This document shows, piece by piece, positions 9,327 through 18,197 of a stretch of DNA of 64,000 bases. The notes beneath the pieces were generated by a model. That model had not been told where the DNA came from and searched no databases. It worked only from the letters and a program-made list of their open reading frames with translations. The stretch is from Clostridiaceae bacterium (GTDB lineage: Bacteria > Bacillota > Clostridia > Oscillospirales > QAMX01): contig JAHAYX010000001.1 of the NCBI GenBank assembly GCA_018384365.1, positions 180,294 through 244,293 of the forward strand. Direction: 5' to 3'. The position numbers were made by a program, and so were the translations under genes. The number at the start of each line of letters is the position of its first letter. Positions within the stretch are counted from its first letter, which is position 1.

Positions 9327-10087
9327 TCACCCGCTTCCCCGTAAAGCTTCCGCATTTCCGCGGCACGGCCGCAGGACATCTTTCCTTCCGGGCACGGCCC
9401 GGAAATACAGGCCGGCCCCGCTTCACGGAACAGCGCCGGGCTCACCTTTCGCACTTCCAAAAGCATCCGGCGCGCCAGTTCCCGGATCTCCCACTGCGCG
9501 CGGTTGCAGCAGCGCTGGCGGAAGAAATTCTTTAAAGAGCGCGCGTTCATCGTCACAACAAACTGCGTCTCACAGCCGTTCGGCAGCACATACCGTGCGT
9601 CTTCCGCCGCAATCTTGCGCTGCGCCGAAAGCGCGGACTTATCCTCCCGCTTGTCCTCCGGCAGCGCGTCCACGCGCTTTTCATATAAAAGCGCCGCGAT
9701 TTTGTTGTATGCCTCGCGTTCGCGCTCCATGATGTCCTCGTAAAGCGCAAGCGCCTCGGGGCACTCCGCAATCTGCGGCGGCGTGACGTAGCCAAACTTC
9801 TTTTCGGACACATAGCGCTGCGAACGCACGCTGAAGGAGGCGATTCTGTGCCGCGTGATCTGCGCCAGCAGCGAGCGGGATACGCCCTCGACCGCAAACG
9901 TAAAGCTCGCGTGTTCAATCGGACTCTCATGTCCAAGTTCCGAGAGCATTTCCACAAATTCCGCCGCCGAATCTTCATCCAGCTTCTCCATCACGGTATC
10001 AATCGGCCGCGAGGAATAGCAGGTACGTGCCGCAGCAGCCACAACAAAGTCCGGCGTCGGCGTATAGGCAATCAATTTCACATCCAT
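9323..10087 (-). CDS. thyX: FAD-dependent thymidylate synthase
   Basis: GHESPIEH, RHRIASFSVRSQRY, EDARYVLP and AQWEIR motifs. Confidence 0.96.
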   Translation of the reverse strand: MDVKLIAYTPTPDFVVAAAARTCYSSRPIDTVMEKLDEDSAAEFVEMLSELGHESPIEHASFTFAVEGVSRSLLAQITRHRIASFSVRSQRYVSEKKFGYVTPPQIAECPEALALYEDIMEREREAYNKIAALLYEKRVDALPEDKREDKSALSAQRKIAAEDARYVLPNGCETQFVVTMNARSLKNFFRQRCCNRAQWEIRELARRMLLEVRKVSPALFREAGPACISGPCPEGKMSCGRAAEMRKLYGEAGE

Positions 10088-10092
10088 GTCTC

Positions 10093-10830
10093 TTATGCTC
10101 CTTTTCGCCACTGCTTCATGCGCTCGCAGAGGGCGAGCCACAAAAACACGGGAAGTTTCATCATACGGCCGATGCGTTTCGGCTCGCGCAGCAGCCTGTA
10201 AAACCATTCCAGGCCGTGGTTTCTGAAAAATACGGGCGCACGCGTCACTTCGCCGGCAAAAGCATCCAGCGAACCGCCCAGACCCAGCATCAGACAGTGC
10301 GGCAGCTCCGCCGTGTGCGCGGCCATAAAGCGTTCCTGCTTCGGAAAGCCCGTGCAGACGAACACCACGTCCGGCGCAGCCTCCTGAAGCGCCGCCGCAA
10401 CGGGCGCATCGTCCTGAAAATACCCGTCATGCGTTCCCGCAATAACCAGTCCCGGATAGCTGCGCGTCAGATTCTCCGCCGCACGCTCGGCAATCCCGGG
10501 CTTTGCGCCCAGCAGATACAGCCGTTTCCCCTGCGTTGCCATCCAGGCCGCCAGCTGCTCACCCAGTTCGATACCCGGAACCCGCTCCTGCAGCGGCGTT
10601 TTCAAAAGGCGGGCAGCGTGCACGATCCCGATTCCGTCCGGAACCACCAGCGCCGCGCCGTTTAAAACGTCGGCAAAGCCCTCGTCCCTGCGGCAGGAAT
10701 ATACCATTTCGGGGTTCGGTGTGACGACATAGCCTCCCTCGCCCCGCGTCACCATACCGGCGGCACGTTCCAGCGCCTGGGAAAGCGTTACATTGTCAAA
10801 GCCGACACCCATAATATCAACTCGTGACAT
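10093..10830 (-). CDS. WecB/TagA/CpsF family glycosyltransferase
   Basis: VTPNPE, PDGIG, GFPKQE, GLGGSLD and GLEWFYRL...PKR motifs. Confidence 0.93.
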   Translation of the reverse strand: MSRVDIMGVGFDNVTLSQALERAAGMVTRGEGGYVVTPNPEMVYSCRRDEGFADVLNGAALVVPDGIGIVHAARLLKTPLQERVPGIELGEQLAAWMATQGKRLYLLGAKPGIAERAAENLTRSYPGLVIAGTHDGYFQDDAPVAAALQEAAPDVVFVCTGFPKQERFMAAHTAELPHCLMLGLGGSLDAFAGEVTRAPVFFRNHGLEWFYRLLREPKRIGRMMKLPVFLWLALCERMKQWRKGA

Positions 10831-10858
10831 AATTTCACCTTACTATCAGATTCAGATT

Positions 10859-10887
10859 ATTATACCATTTGCGGAAATGCAATGCAA
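10859..10887 (-). promoter_or_regulatory. sigmaA promoter of the tagA-thyX-tmk operon
   Basis: TTGCAT-17bp-TATAAT with TG extension. Confidence 0.7.
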
Positions 10888-10947
10888 GCGAATCCCGAAT
10901 GCCTTACAATACTGTAAGTGTTTCGTAAGGATTCGCGGCGGAGAGGA

Positions 10948-10976
10948 TTGACCTCGCGGCAAAAATAGTGTAGAAT
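10948..10976 (+). promoter_or_regulatory. sigmaA promoter of pcrA
   Basis: TTGACC-17bp-TAGAAT. Confidence 0.65.
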
Positions 10977-11020
10977 AACAGGTATAGAATGCGGAAAAAT
11001 GGGAAGTAGGATGGCTGACT

Positions 11021-13429
11021 TTGGACAGGGAAATTTTTGATATGCAGTATGCGGCCGTGCGCCGCGACATTATAGAGCGGGAGTTTGTCAATTTAAACGA
11101 CCGGCAGCGTGAAGCGGTCTTCCATACGGAAGGCCCTCTTTTAGTGCTGGCCGGCGCCGGAAGCGGAAAAACCACGGTTTTGATTAACCGGATCGCCAAT
11201 ATGATCCGCTTTGGCCGGGGTTTCCAGTGCGAAACCGCGCCGGAATATGCCGGAGAGGACGAACTGCGCGAGCTCGTGGAATATCTTGACGACCCGCAGG
11301 AGGAGCGGCGTGACCGCATCTCGGAGCTGTGCGCCGTGGAGCCCTGCCATCCGTGGCAGATCCTCGCGATCACCTTCACGAACAAAGCAGCCAACGAACT
11401 GAAGGAGCGGCTGGAACGCGCCATAGGTCCCGGCGCGCGCGACATCTGGGCCTCGACCTTCCACTCCGCCTGTGTGCGTATCCTGCGCCGCGATATAGAG
11501 AAGCTCGGCTTCGAGCGCAGCTTCACCATTTATGGTGACGACGAACATTTGAATATTCTGAAGTCCATCATCCGGGAACGCGGTCTTGATGATAAGATTT
11601 ACGCGCCGCGTGCCGTCGCGGGCATTATTTCCCGCGCCAAGGACGAGCTGAAAACGCCTGCCAAATTCGCGCGGGAGCACGAGGACGACGTCCGCCTGAC
11701 CAAAATTGCGCAGATTTACGCGGAATACCAGCGCACGCTGAAGGAAGCCAACGCGCTCGACTTCGATGACCTGATCATGTACACAGTCGCACTGCTGAAT
11801 AATTTCGAGGACGTGCGCAGCTATTACCAGAACAAATTCCGCTATATTATGGTAGACGAATATCAGGACACAAATGTTGCACAGGACCGTCTGACCCGGC
11901 TTTTAACCGGCGAGCACTGCAATATCTGTGTCGTAGGCGACGACGACCAGTCGATTTACCGCTTCCGCGGTGCGGATGTCGCCAATATCCTGAACTTTGA
12001 AAAACACTATCCCGGCGCGGAGCTCATCCGCCTGGAGCAGAACTACCGTTCCACGAAAACGATCTTAAACGCCGCGAACCGCGTGATCGAACACAACGAA
12101 GGCCGCCGCGGCAAGGAACTCTGGACCGGCAACGAAGAGGGCGAGAAAATCGGCTTCTACCGCGCCGCCACGGAACAGGAGGAGGCACAGTATATTGCAA
12201 GCCACATCCTGTCGTCCTACCAGCGCGGCTTCACGCCGCGCGACTTCGCCGTTCTCTACCGCATGAACGCGCAGTCGAACTCCGTGGAAAACGCGTTCAA
12301 GCGTGCAGGCATCCCCTACCGTATTGTCGGCGGCGTACGCTTCTTCGACCGCGCCGAGGTGCGCGATATGCTCTCCTATTTGTGGGCTGTTGTGAACCAC
12401 AACGACGAGCTTCGCCTGCGCCGCATCATCAATAACCCCGCCCGCAAGATCAGCGACCGCCGCGTCGAGGACGCGCTGGAGCTGGCAAGGAGCGAAAACA
12501 TCGGTCTTTACGATGTTTTGCTGCACGCAAAGCAGTATAACCGTTTCGACCGCGCGGCCGCCCCCATGGAGCAGTTTGCCGCCATGCTGGAGGAACTGCG
12601 TCTTTTGTCCGACACCATGCCGCTCGATGATTTTTACGACGTTTTGCTGGAAAAGACCGGCTATGCCGCCGCGCTCGAGCGGAAAGGCGATCCGGAGTCG
12701 CTCGGCCGCATCGACAACGTGATGGAGCTGAAAACCAACATCGTCGACTATATGCGCACGCATGACACGCCTTCTCTGGAGGGCTTTTTGGAGGAAACCG
12801 CGCTGTTCACCGATATCGACCGGTACGATGAGGGCGCGGACGCCGCCGTGATGATGACCTTCCACAGTGCGAAGGGCCTGGAATTCCCCGTCGTATTCCT
12901 GTGCGGCATGGAGGAAGGGCTGTTTCCCTCCGCCCGCTCTCTGGACGAGCCCGCGCAGCTGGAAGAAGAGCGCCGGCTGTGCTATGTCGGCATCACGCGC
13001 GCACGCCGCAAGCTCTATCTCACCTGTACGCGCCAGCGTACCATCTTTGGTAAGACTTCCTATAACCGGATGTCCCGCTTTATCGAAGAAATCCCGCTGG
13101 AATTCATTGACGGACGCGTGAACGAGCACAGCGAGCGCCGCCGCACGCACGAACACACGGAAACGCATCCCGGCCGCTTCAATCCGCGCCTGACGCCCAC
13201 GCCGGCCACCGGCACCGGCGCTTTGAAGCCCGCCGCACAGCCGCAGCGCGCCCTGACGCTTTACCGCGTTGGTTTTGAGGTCGAACACACCGCGTTTGGC
13301 CGCGGCCGCATCACGGAGCTGACGCCCATGGGCGGCGATATGCTGCTGACCATCGAGTTTGCCAAAGTCGGAAAAAAGCGCGTCATGGCAAACACCGCCT
13401 CCCGCTTCATGAAGGTTATTTCGGAATAA
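11021..13429 (+). CDS. pcrA: PcrA/UvrD ATP-dependent DNA helicase
   Basis: LAGAGSGKT, VDEYQD, VGDDDQSIY, FHSAKGLEF and EEERRLCYVGITRA motifs; C-terminal Tudor-like domain. Confidence 0.96.
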   Translation: MDREIFDMQYAAVRRDIIEREFVNLNDRQREAVFHTEGPLLVLAGAGSGKTTVLINRIANMIRFGRGFQCETAPEYAGEDELRELVEYLDDPQEERRDRISELCAVEPCHPWQILAITFTNKAANELKERLERAIGPGARDIWASTFHSACVRILRRDIEKLGFERSFTIYGDDEHLNILKSIIRERGLDDKIYAPRAVAGIISRAKDELKTPAKFAREHEDDVRLTKIAQIYAEYQRTLKEANALDFDDLIMYTVALLNNFEDVRSYYQNKFRYIMVDEYQDTNVAQDRLTRLLTGEHCNICVVGDDDQSIYRFRGADVANILNFEKHYPGAELIRLEQNYRSTKTILNAANRVIEHNEGRRGKELWTGNEEGEKIGFYRAATEQEEAQYIASHILSSYQRGFTPRDFAVLYRMNAQSNSVENAFKRAGIPYRIVGGVRFFDRAEVRDMLSYLWAVVNHNDELRLRRIINNPARKISDRRVEDALELARSENIGLYDVLLHAKQYNRFDRAAAPMEQFAAMLEELRLLSDTMPLDDFYDVLLEKTGYAAALERKGDPESLGRIDNVMELKTNIVDYMRTHDTPSLEGFLEETALFTDIDRYDEGADAAVMMTFHSAKGLEFPVVFLCGMEEGLFPSARSLDEPAQLEEERRLCYVGITRARRKLYLTCTRQRTIFGKTSYNRMSRFIEEIPLEFIDGRVNEHSERRRTHEHTETHPGRFNPRLTPTPATGTGALKPAAQPQRALTLYRVGFEVEHTAFGRGRITELTPMGGDMLLTIEFAKVGKKRVMANTASRFMKVISE

Positions 13430-13440
13430 CCGCATTTCCC

Positions 13441-13475
13441 CGGCAGGACAGCTTCTGCGCTGTCCTGCCGTTTTT
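13441..13475 (+). terminator. Intrinsic terminator of pcrA
   Basis: 12-bp stem CGGCAGGACAGC/GCTGTCCTGCCG followed by TTTTT. Confidence 0.85.
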
Positions 13476-13486
13476 GCCTGTTCCGG

Positions 13487-13515
13487 TTGACAGGGCTCTT
13501 CCTGCGGCGTATACT
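13487..13515 (+). promoter_or_regulatory. sigmaA promoter of the ktr/trk genes
   Basis: TTGACA-17bp-TATACT. Confidence 0.8.
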
Positions 13516-13552
13516 GGAATTCAGATATTTCCCCAAATTATGGAGGTAACGA

Positions 13553-14884
13553 ATGCGAAAGCTGCGGTTTTCTCAAACGCAGATCATTGCTTTGGGCTTT
13601 TTCCTGATTATCATCCTGGGAACACTGCTTCTCATGCTTCCCATTTCCACACGCAGCGGTGCAGGCGCCGGATTCCGGGAGGCGCTTTTCACGGCGACTT
13701 CGGCTTCCTGCGTCACGGGCCTGATCCTGCGGGACACCTACACGTTCTGGTCCCCCTTCGGACAGGCCGTCATTCTTTTCCTGATCCAGCTCGGCGGTCT
13801 TGGTTTTATGACGATTGCAACGGTTTTCTCCCTGATCCTCCGCCGCAAGATCGGCATCCGGGAGCGCGAGCTGCTCTCTGAAAGCATCAATTCCTCGCAC
13901 ATCGGCGGCATCGTCCGACTGACCAAAAAAATCGCACTGGGTACGCTGGTCTGTGAGGCGGCGGGCGCCGTCCTGCTTTCTTTCCGTTTCTGCCGGGATT
14001 TCGGATTCTGGAGCGGACTGTGGGCCTCGGTTTTCACCTCGATTTCCGCTTTCTGCAATGCCGGTTTCGACCTGCTCGGCAGACGGGGCGCCTATTCCTC
14101 TCTCACCACGTATGCCGACGATCCTCTGGTTCTGATCACGCTGATGCTGCTCATCACCGTCGGCGGCATCGGCTTTCTGGTCTGGAACGACCTGGGCGTG
14201 CACAAACTGCGTTTCAAACGCTATGACCTGCACACGAAAATCGTGCTGACCGTTTCCTTCTTCCTGACTTTCGGCGGCGCAGTGCTTTTCTTCTTTCTGG
14301 AAGGCCGCGCAGCAGCGGATATGTCCTGGACGGAGCGCATCCTGACGTCGCTTTTTGACTCCGTCACCGCGCGCACCGCCGGTTTCAATGCAACGGACAC
14401 CGCTGCGCTCTCCGACGGCAGCAAGCTTCTGACCATCATCCTCATGTTCATCGGCGGCAGCCCGGGTTCCACAGCCGGCGGCATCAAAACAACCACTGTG
14501 GCTGTCTTACTGGTCTATGCGTTCTCCTATGTGCGCCGTTCCCCCACCTTCGGTATGTTCGGACGCCGTCTGGAGGACGATTCCCTGAAAAAAGCCAGTG
14601 CCGTCTTTTTCACAAATCTCCTGCTTGCTCTGGCAGCCTCTATTGCCATCTGCGCCATTCAAACGCTGCCCCTGCCGGACGTACTCTTTGAAACCTTCTC
14701 CGCCATCGGCACGGTCGGTATGTCCACGGGCATCACGCGCGAATTGCTCCCTGCGTCGCAGTTTGTCATCATCTTCCTGATGTACTGCGGCCGCGTGGGC
14801 AGTCTTTCCTTCGCAACGGCTATTTCCGCAAGGCGGCCGAAACCTCCCGTTATGGACCCTGTTGAAAAAATCACAATTGGATAA
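13553..14884 (+). CDS. TrkH/KtrB potassium uptake membrane subunit
   Basis: SASCVTGL, SAFCNAGF, RTAGF, STAGGIKTT and GTVG pore motifs. Confidence 0.93.
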   Translation: MRKLRFSQTQIIALGFFLIIILGTLLLMLPISTRSGAGAGFREALFTATSASCVTGLILRDTYTFWSPFGQAVILFLIQLGGLGFMTIATVFSLILRRKIGIRERELLSESINSSHIGGIVRLTKKIALGTLVCEAAGAVLLSFRFCRDFGFWSGLWASVFTSISAFCNAGFDLLGRRGAYSSLTTYADDPLVLITLMLLITVGGIGFLVWNDLGVHKLRFKRYDLHTKIVLTVSFFLTFGGAVLFFFLEGRAAADMSWTERILTSLFDSVTARTAGFNATDTAALSDGSKLLTIILMFIGGSPGSTAGGIKTTTVAVLLVYAFSYVRRSPTFGMFGRRLEDDSLKKASAVFFTNLLLALAASIAICAIQTLPLPDVLFETFSAIGTVGMSTGITRELLPASQFVIIFLMYCGRVGSLSFATAISARRPKPPVMDPVEKITIG

Positions 14885-14896
14885 GGTGTGTGGACT

Positions 14897-15538
14897 ATGA
14901 AATCCTTTCTTTTGATCGGCATCGGGCGCTATGCGCATTATCTGTGCCGCGAACTGGCCAATCTCGGCAACGAAGTCGTCATTGCCGACATCGACGAAGC
15001 CAAAATGGACGATCTGCTTGACTGCGTCGTCGCCGCAAAGATCGGCGACTGCACGCGCCGCGAAGTGCTGGCCACCTTCGGCGTCAATAACTACGACGCC
15101 TGCTTCGTTTGCATGGGTTCCAATTTCCAAAACAGTCTGCAAGTAACGGATCTGCTTAAGGAAATGGGCGCGCGGCGCGTCATCAGCCGTGCCACGACGG
15201 ATATTCATGCCAAATTCCTGCTGCGCAGCGGTGCGGACGAGGTGATCTTCCCTGACCGCGATATGTCTGAACGTCTGGCCGTCCGGGTCAGCAATGACAG
15301 CGTGTTTGATTATTTCGAGCTCTCCGAGGATCTCGCCATTTATGAAATTTCCGCGCCGCACCGTTGGATCGGCCGTACCATCGGCGAAGTCAACGTCCGC
15401 GCAAAATACAATGTCAGTATTCTGGCCTTTAAGAAAAACGGCCGGATGCAGGCTATGCCGACGCCGAACCACGTTTTTGTAGAAGACGAGCATCTGATGG
15501 TGCTGGGCAAAAAGGAGGATATCGAACGTCTGGTGTAA
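14897..15538 (+). CDS. TrkA/KtrA potassium uptake RCK subunit
   Basis: IGIGRY Rossmann motif, GADEVIFP and C-terminal TrkA-C domain. Confidence 0.92.
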   Translation: MKSFLLIGIGRYAHYLCRELANLGNEVVIADIDEAKMDDLLDCVVAAKIGDCTRREVLATFGVNNYDACFVCMGSNFQNSLQVTDLLKEMGARRVISRATTDIHAKFLLRSGADEVIFPDRDMSERLAVRVSNDSVFDYFELSEDLAIYEISAPHRWIGRTIGEVNVRAKYNVSILAFKKNGRMQAMPTPNHVFVEDEHLMVLGKKEDIERLV

Positions 15539-15567
15539 TCTGGTAAGAAGGGGATTTCCCCTGCCGT

Positions 15568-15603
15568 ACAGCCGGTGCATTTGCATTGCACCGGCTGTTT
15601 TTT
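15568..15603 (+). terminator. Intrinsic terminator after trkA
   Basis: ACAGCCGGTGCA/TGCACCGGCTGT followed by a T-run. Confidence 0.85.
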
Positions 15604-15654
15604 CTCTTTTTCACCTGTCTATACAGGTAAATTCAAATTATGCTGCTTTTGCTC

Positions 15655-15683
15655 TTGCAAACGCCGCGTAAACTTGCTATATT
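15655..15683 (+). promoter_or_regulatory. sigmaA promoter of the 15716-21618 cluster
   Basis: TTGCAA-17bp-TATATT with TG extension. Confidence 0.6.
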
Positions 15684-15715
15684 GAAGGTATCAAAAGAAG
15701 GAGCGTGCATCACAA

Positions 15716-16174
15716 ATGGGTACACATGGAAAAATTGCAAAGCAATTCTTTTTTGACGGATATAACTGCGCGCAGTCGGTTTTCTGCGCGTTTTGTGACG
15801 TTCATGGTATGAGTCTTGAGGAGGCCGCGCGCATCTCCTCCTCCTTCGGCGGCGGTATGGGACGCCTGCGCGAGGTCTGCGGCGCCCTTTCCGGGATTCT
15901 CATGGTAGTCGGCGAACTCTACGGCGGTTACGACGTCACGGACCATGACGCAAAAACGCGCCACTACACGATCATCCAGGAGCTCGCGGCCAAATTCCGT
16001 GCGCATTACGGCACGCTGATGTGCCGTGACATTCTGGGTCTGCCCGAAGGCCCGTCCGATCCGGAACCCGAGGCGCACACGCCGGAATATCTGGCAACGC
16101 GTCCCTGCCCCGGCTGCGTGGAGTGCGCATCGGACATTCTGGACGAATTCCTGGCGGAGCACCGGCCCGCCTGA
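15716..16174 (+). CDS. C-GCAxxG-C-C family putative redox-active protein
   Basis: GYNCAQSV, GGGMGRLREVCGALSG, CRDILG and PCPGCV motifs. Confidence 0.88.
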   Translation: MGTHGKIAKQFFFDGYNCAQSVFCAFCDVHGMSLEEAARISSSFGGGMGRLREVCGALSGILMVVGELYGGYDVTDHDAKTRHYTIIQELAAKFRAHYGTLMCRDILGLPEGPSDPEPEAHTPEYLATRPCPGCVECASDILDEFLAEHRPA

Positions 16175-16239
16175 GCGGATTTTTGCACGTGTAAGAAACA
16201 GAAAAACGCGCTTTGCAGGCGCGAAAGGAGAGAAAAAGC

Positions 16240-17202
16240 ATGAAAGCAGTTGTCATCGGTGCAACCGGCCACACCGGCACCTATCTGGTGCCGCGGCTTG
16301 TAAACTACGGCTATGAAGTCACCGCCGTCACGCGCGGGCTCAGCGAACCATACACCGTCACCGGCGAGTGGCGCGAAGTGGAACGCGTTCAGCTTGACCG
16401 GAGTGAGGAGGAAAAAGCAGGCACCTTTGGAAAAAAGATTGCCGCCATGAACCCGGATATCGTCGTTGACCTCATCAGTTACAGCGTCGAAAGCACGAAA
16501 TCCACTGTCCGGGCCCTGAAAGGCACCAACCTTTCACACTATCTCTTTGCTTCCTCCATCTGGGAGCACGGCGCAGCTTCCGTCACACCGGCCGACGAGG
16601 ATATGCCCCGCCATCCCATCGACGATTACGGCCGCGACAAAGTGGCCAGCGTACGCTTCCTCCACGAAGAATTCGTGAAAAACGGCTTCCCGTACACCGC
16701 CGTCATGCCCGGTCACATCACCGGCCCCGGCTGGAACTGCATCAATCCCACCGGTAACTTCGATCCGGAGATTTTCGGCAGGATCGGCCGCGGCGAAAAG
16801 ATCTATCTCCCGCACTTTGGCATGGAATGCGTGCACCATGTCCACGCGGACGACGTTGCGCAGGTATTTTTCCGTGCCATCCAGCGCCGCACTGCCGCGT
16901 TGGACCAGGATTTCCTCGCCGTTGCGCCGCAGGCCATGACGCTTCGCGGCTTTGCCGAGGCAATGTACGCCTGGTTCGGAAAAGAGCCCGATATCGAATA
17001 CCTGCCCTGGGAGGCATGGCAGAAAACCGCCGGAAGCCAGGCCTTTATCAACAGCACTTACAGCCATCTGGCGCACAGCGATAATTACAGCTGTGAAAAA
17101 GCGCGCCGCATCCTGGGCTACGCACCGCGCTACACCATCCTGCAGGCCGTGTGTGAATGCGTCAGCTCCATGATCGCCCGCGGCGTGATCCAGGTCGGTT
17201 AA
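16240..17202 (+). CDS. NAD-dependent epimerase/dehydratase (SDR), copy 1
   Basis: GATGHTG, YGRDK (YxxxK) and HVHADDVA motifs; RBS AAGGAG. Confidence 0.88.
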   Translation: MKAVVIGATGHTGTYLVPRLVNYGYEVTAVTRGLSEPYTVTGEWREVERVQLDRSEEEKAGTFGKKIAAMNPDIVVDLISYSVESTKSTVRALKGTNLSHYLFASSIWEHGAASVTPADEDMPRHPIDDYGRDKVASVRFLHEEFVKNGFPYTAVMPGHITGPGWNCINPTGNFDPEIFGRIGRGEKIYLPHFGMECVHHVHADDVAQVFFRAIQRRTAALDQDFLAVAPQAMTLRGFAEAMYAWFGKEPDIEYLPWEAWQKTAGSQAFINSTYSHLAHSDNYSCEKARRILGYAPRYTILQAVCECVSSMIARGVIQVG

Positions 17203-17216
17203 AAAGGAGGTCCTCT

Positions 17217-18179
17217 ATGAAAGCAGTCGTCATCGGCGCGACCGGTCATGTCGGAACCTATCTGGTGCCGCGCCTTGTCCGTATGGGCTATCAGGTCACC
17301 GCCATTTCCCGCGGCACCCGCGAGCCCTACACGGCTTTCCCCGAATGGCGCGAAGTAGAACGTGTCCGGTTGGATCGTCTGGCCCTTGAAAAATCCGACG
17401 GCTTCGGCTGCAAGGTCGCTGCCATGAATCCGGATGTCGTGGTGGATATGATCAGCCTGGATTATCACAGCACCATGGAAACTGTCCGGGCCCTGCAAGG
17501 CACCAACCTCTCGCATTACCTCTTTGCCTCCTCCATCTGGGAGCACGGCGCAGCCTTCACCGTCCCGGCAGACGAGGATACGCCCCGGAAGCCCATCGAC
17601 GATTACGGCCGGGACAAGGTCCGCAGCATCGAATATCTCCACGGAGAATTCGTGCAGAATGGCTTCCCGTATACTGCCGTCATGCCCGGACACATTTCCG
17701 GCCCCGGCTGGACTTGTATCAACCCCACCGGCAACCACGATCCCTCCGTATTCACTGCCATTGCCCACGGCGAACGCATTTATGTGCCGAATCTCGGCGT
17801 GGAATGCGTGCACCACGTCCACGCGGACGACGTGGCGCAGGTGTTCGAGCTGGCCATCCGCCATCGTGACGCCGCACTGGACGAAGACTTCCTCGCCGTT
17901 GCCCCGAAGGCCATCACCCTGCGCGGCTACGCCGAGCATATGTACGAATGGTTCGGGAAAGAGGCCGACATTGCATACCTCCCGTGGCCCGAATGGGTGA
18001 AAGTCACGGCGGACGAAGAAAAAATCAACCGCACGTTCCGCCATATCTCGCACTGCAACAACTATTCCTGTGAAAAAGCGCGCCGTATTCTTGGATATCA
18101 GCCGCAGTACAGCGGTATGGACGCCGTCCACGAGGCCGTCCATTCCATGATCGAGCGCGGCGTGGTGATAAGCGACTAA
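17217..18179 (+). CDS. NAD-dependent epimerase/dehydratase (SDR), copy 2 (tandem paralog)
   Basis: GATGHVG and YGRDK motifs; colinear with copy 1 and the same 963-nt length; RBS AAGGAGG. Confidence 0.88.
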   Translation: MKAVVIGATGHVGTYLVPRLVRMGYQVTAISRGTREPYTAFPEWREVERVRLDRLALEKSDGFGCKVAAMNPDVVVDMISLDYHSTMETVRALQGTNLSHYLFASSIWEHGAAFTVPADEDTPRKPIDDYGRDKVRSIEYLHGEFVQNGFPYTAVMPGHISGPGWTCINPTGNHDPSVFTAIAHGERIYVPNLGVECVHHVHADDVAQVFELAIRHRDAALDEDFLAVAPKAITLRGYAEHMYEWFGKEADIAYLPWPEWVKVTADEEKINRTFRHISHCNNYSCEKARRILGYQPQYSGMDAVHEAVHSMIERGVVISD

Positions 18180-18197
18180 AAAGAGAGGAGAATTTTC

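Noticed and set aside
15716-16174. Selenocysteine in the C-GCAxxG-C-C protein
   Set aside because: All motif positions are Cys and there is no internal in-frame TGA.
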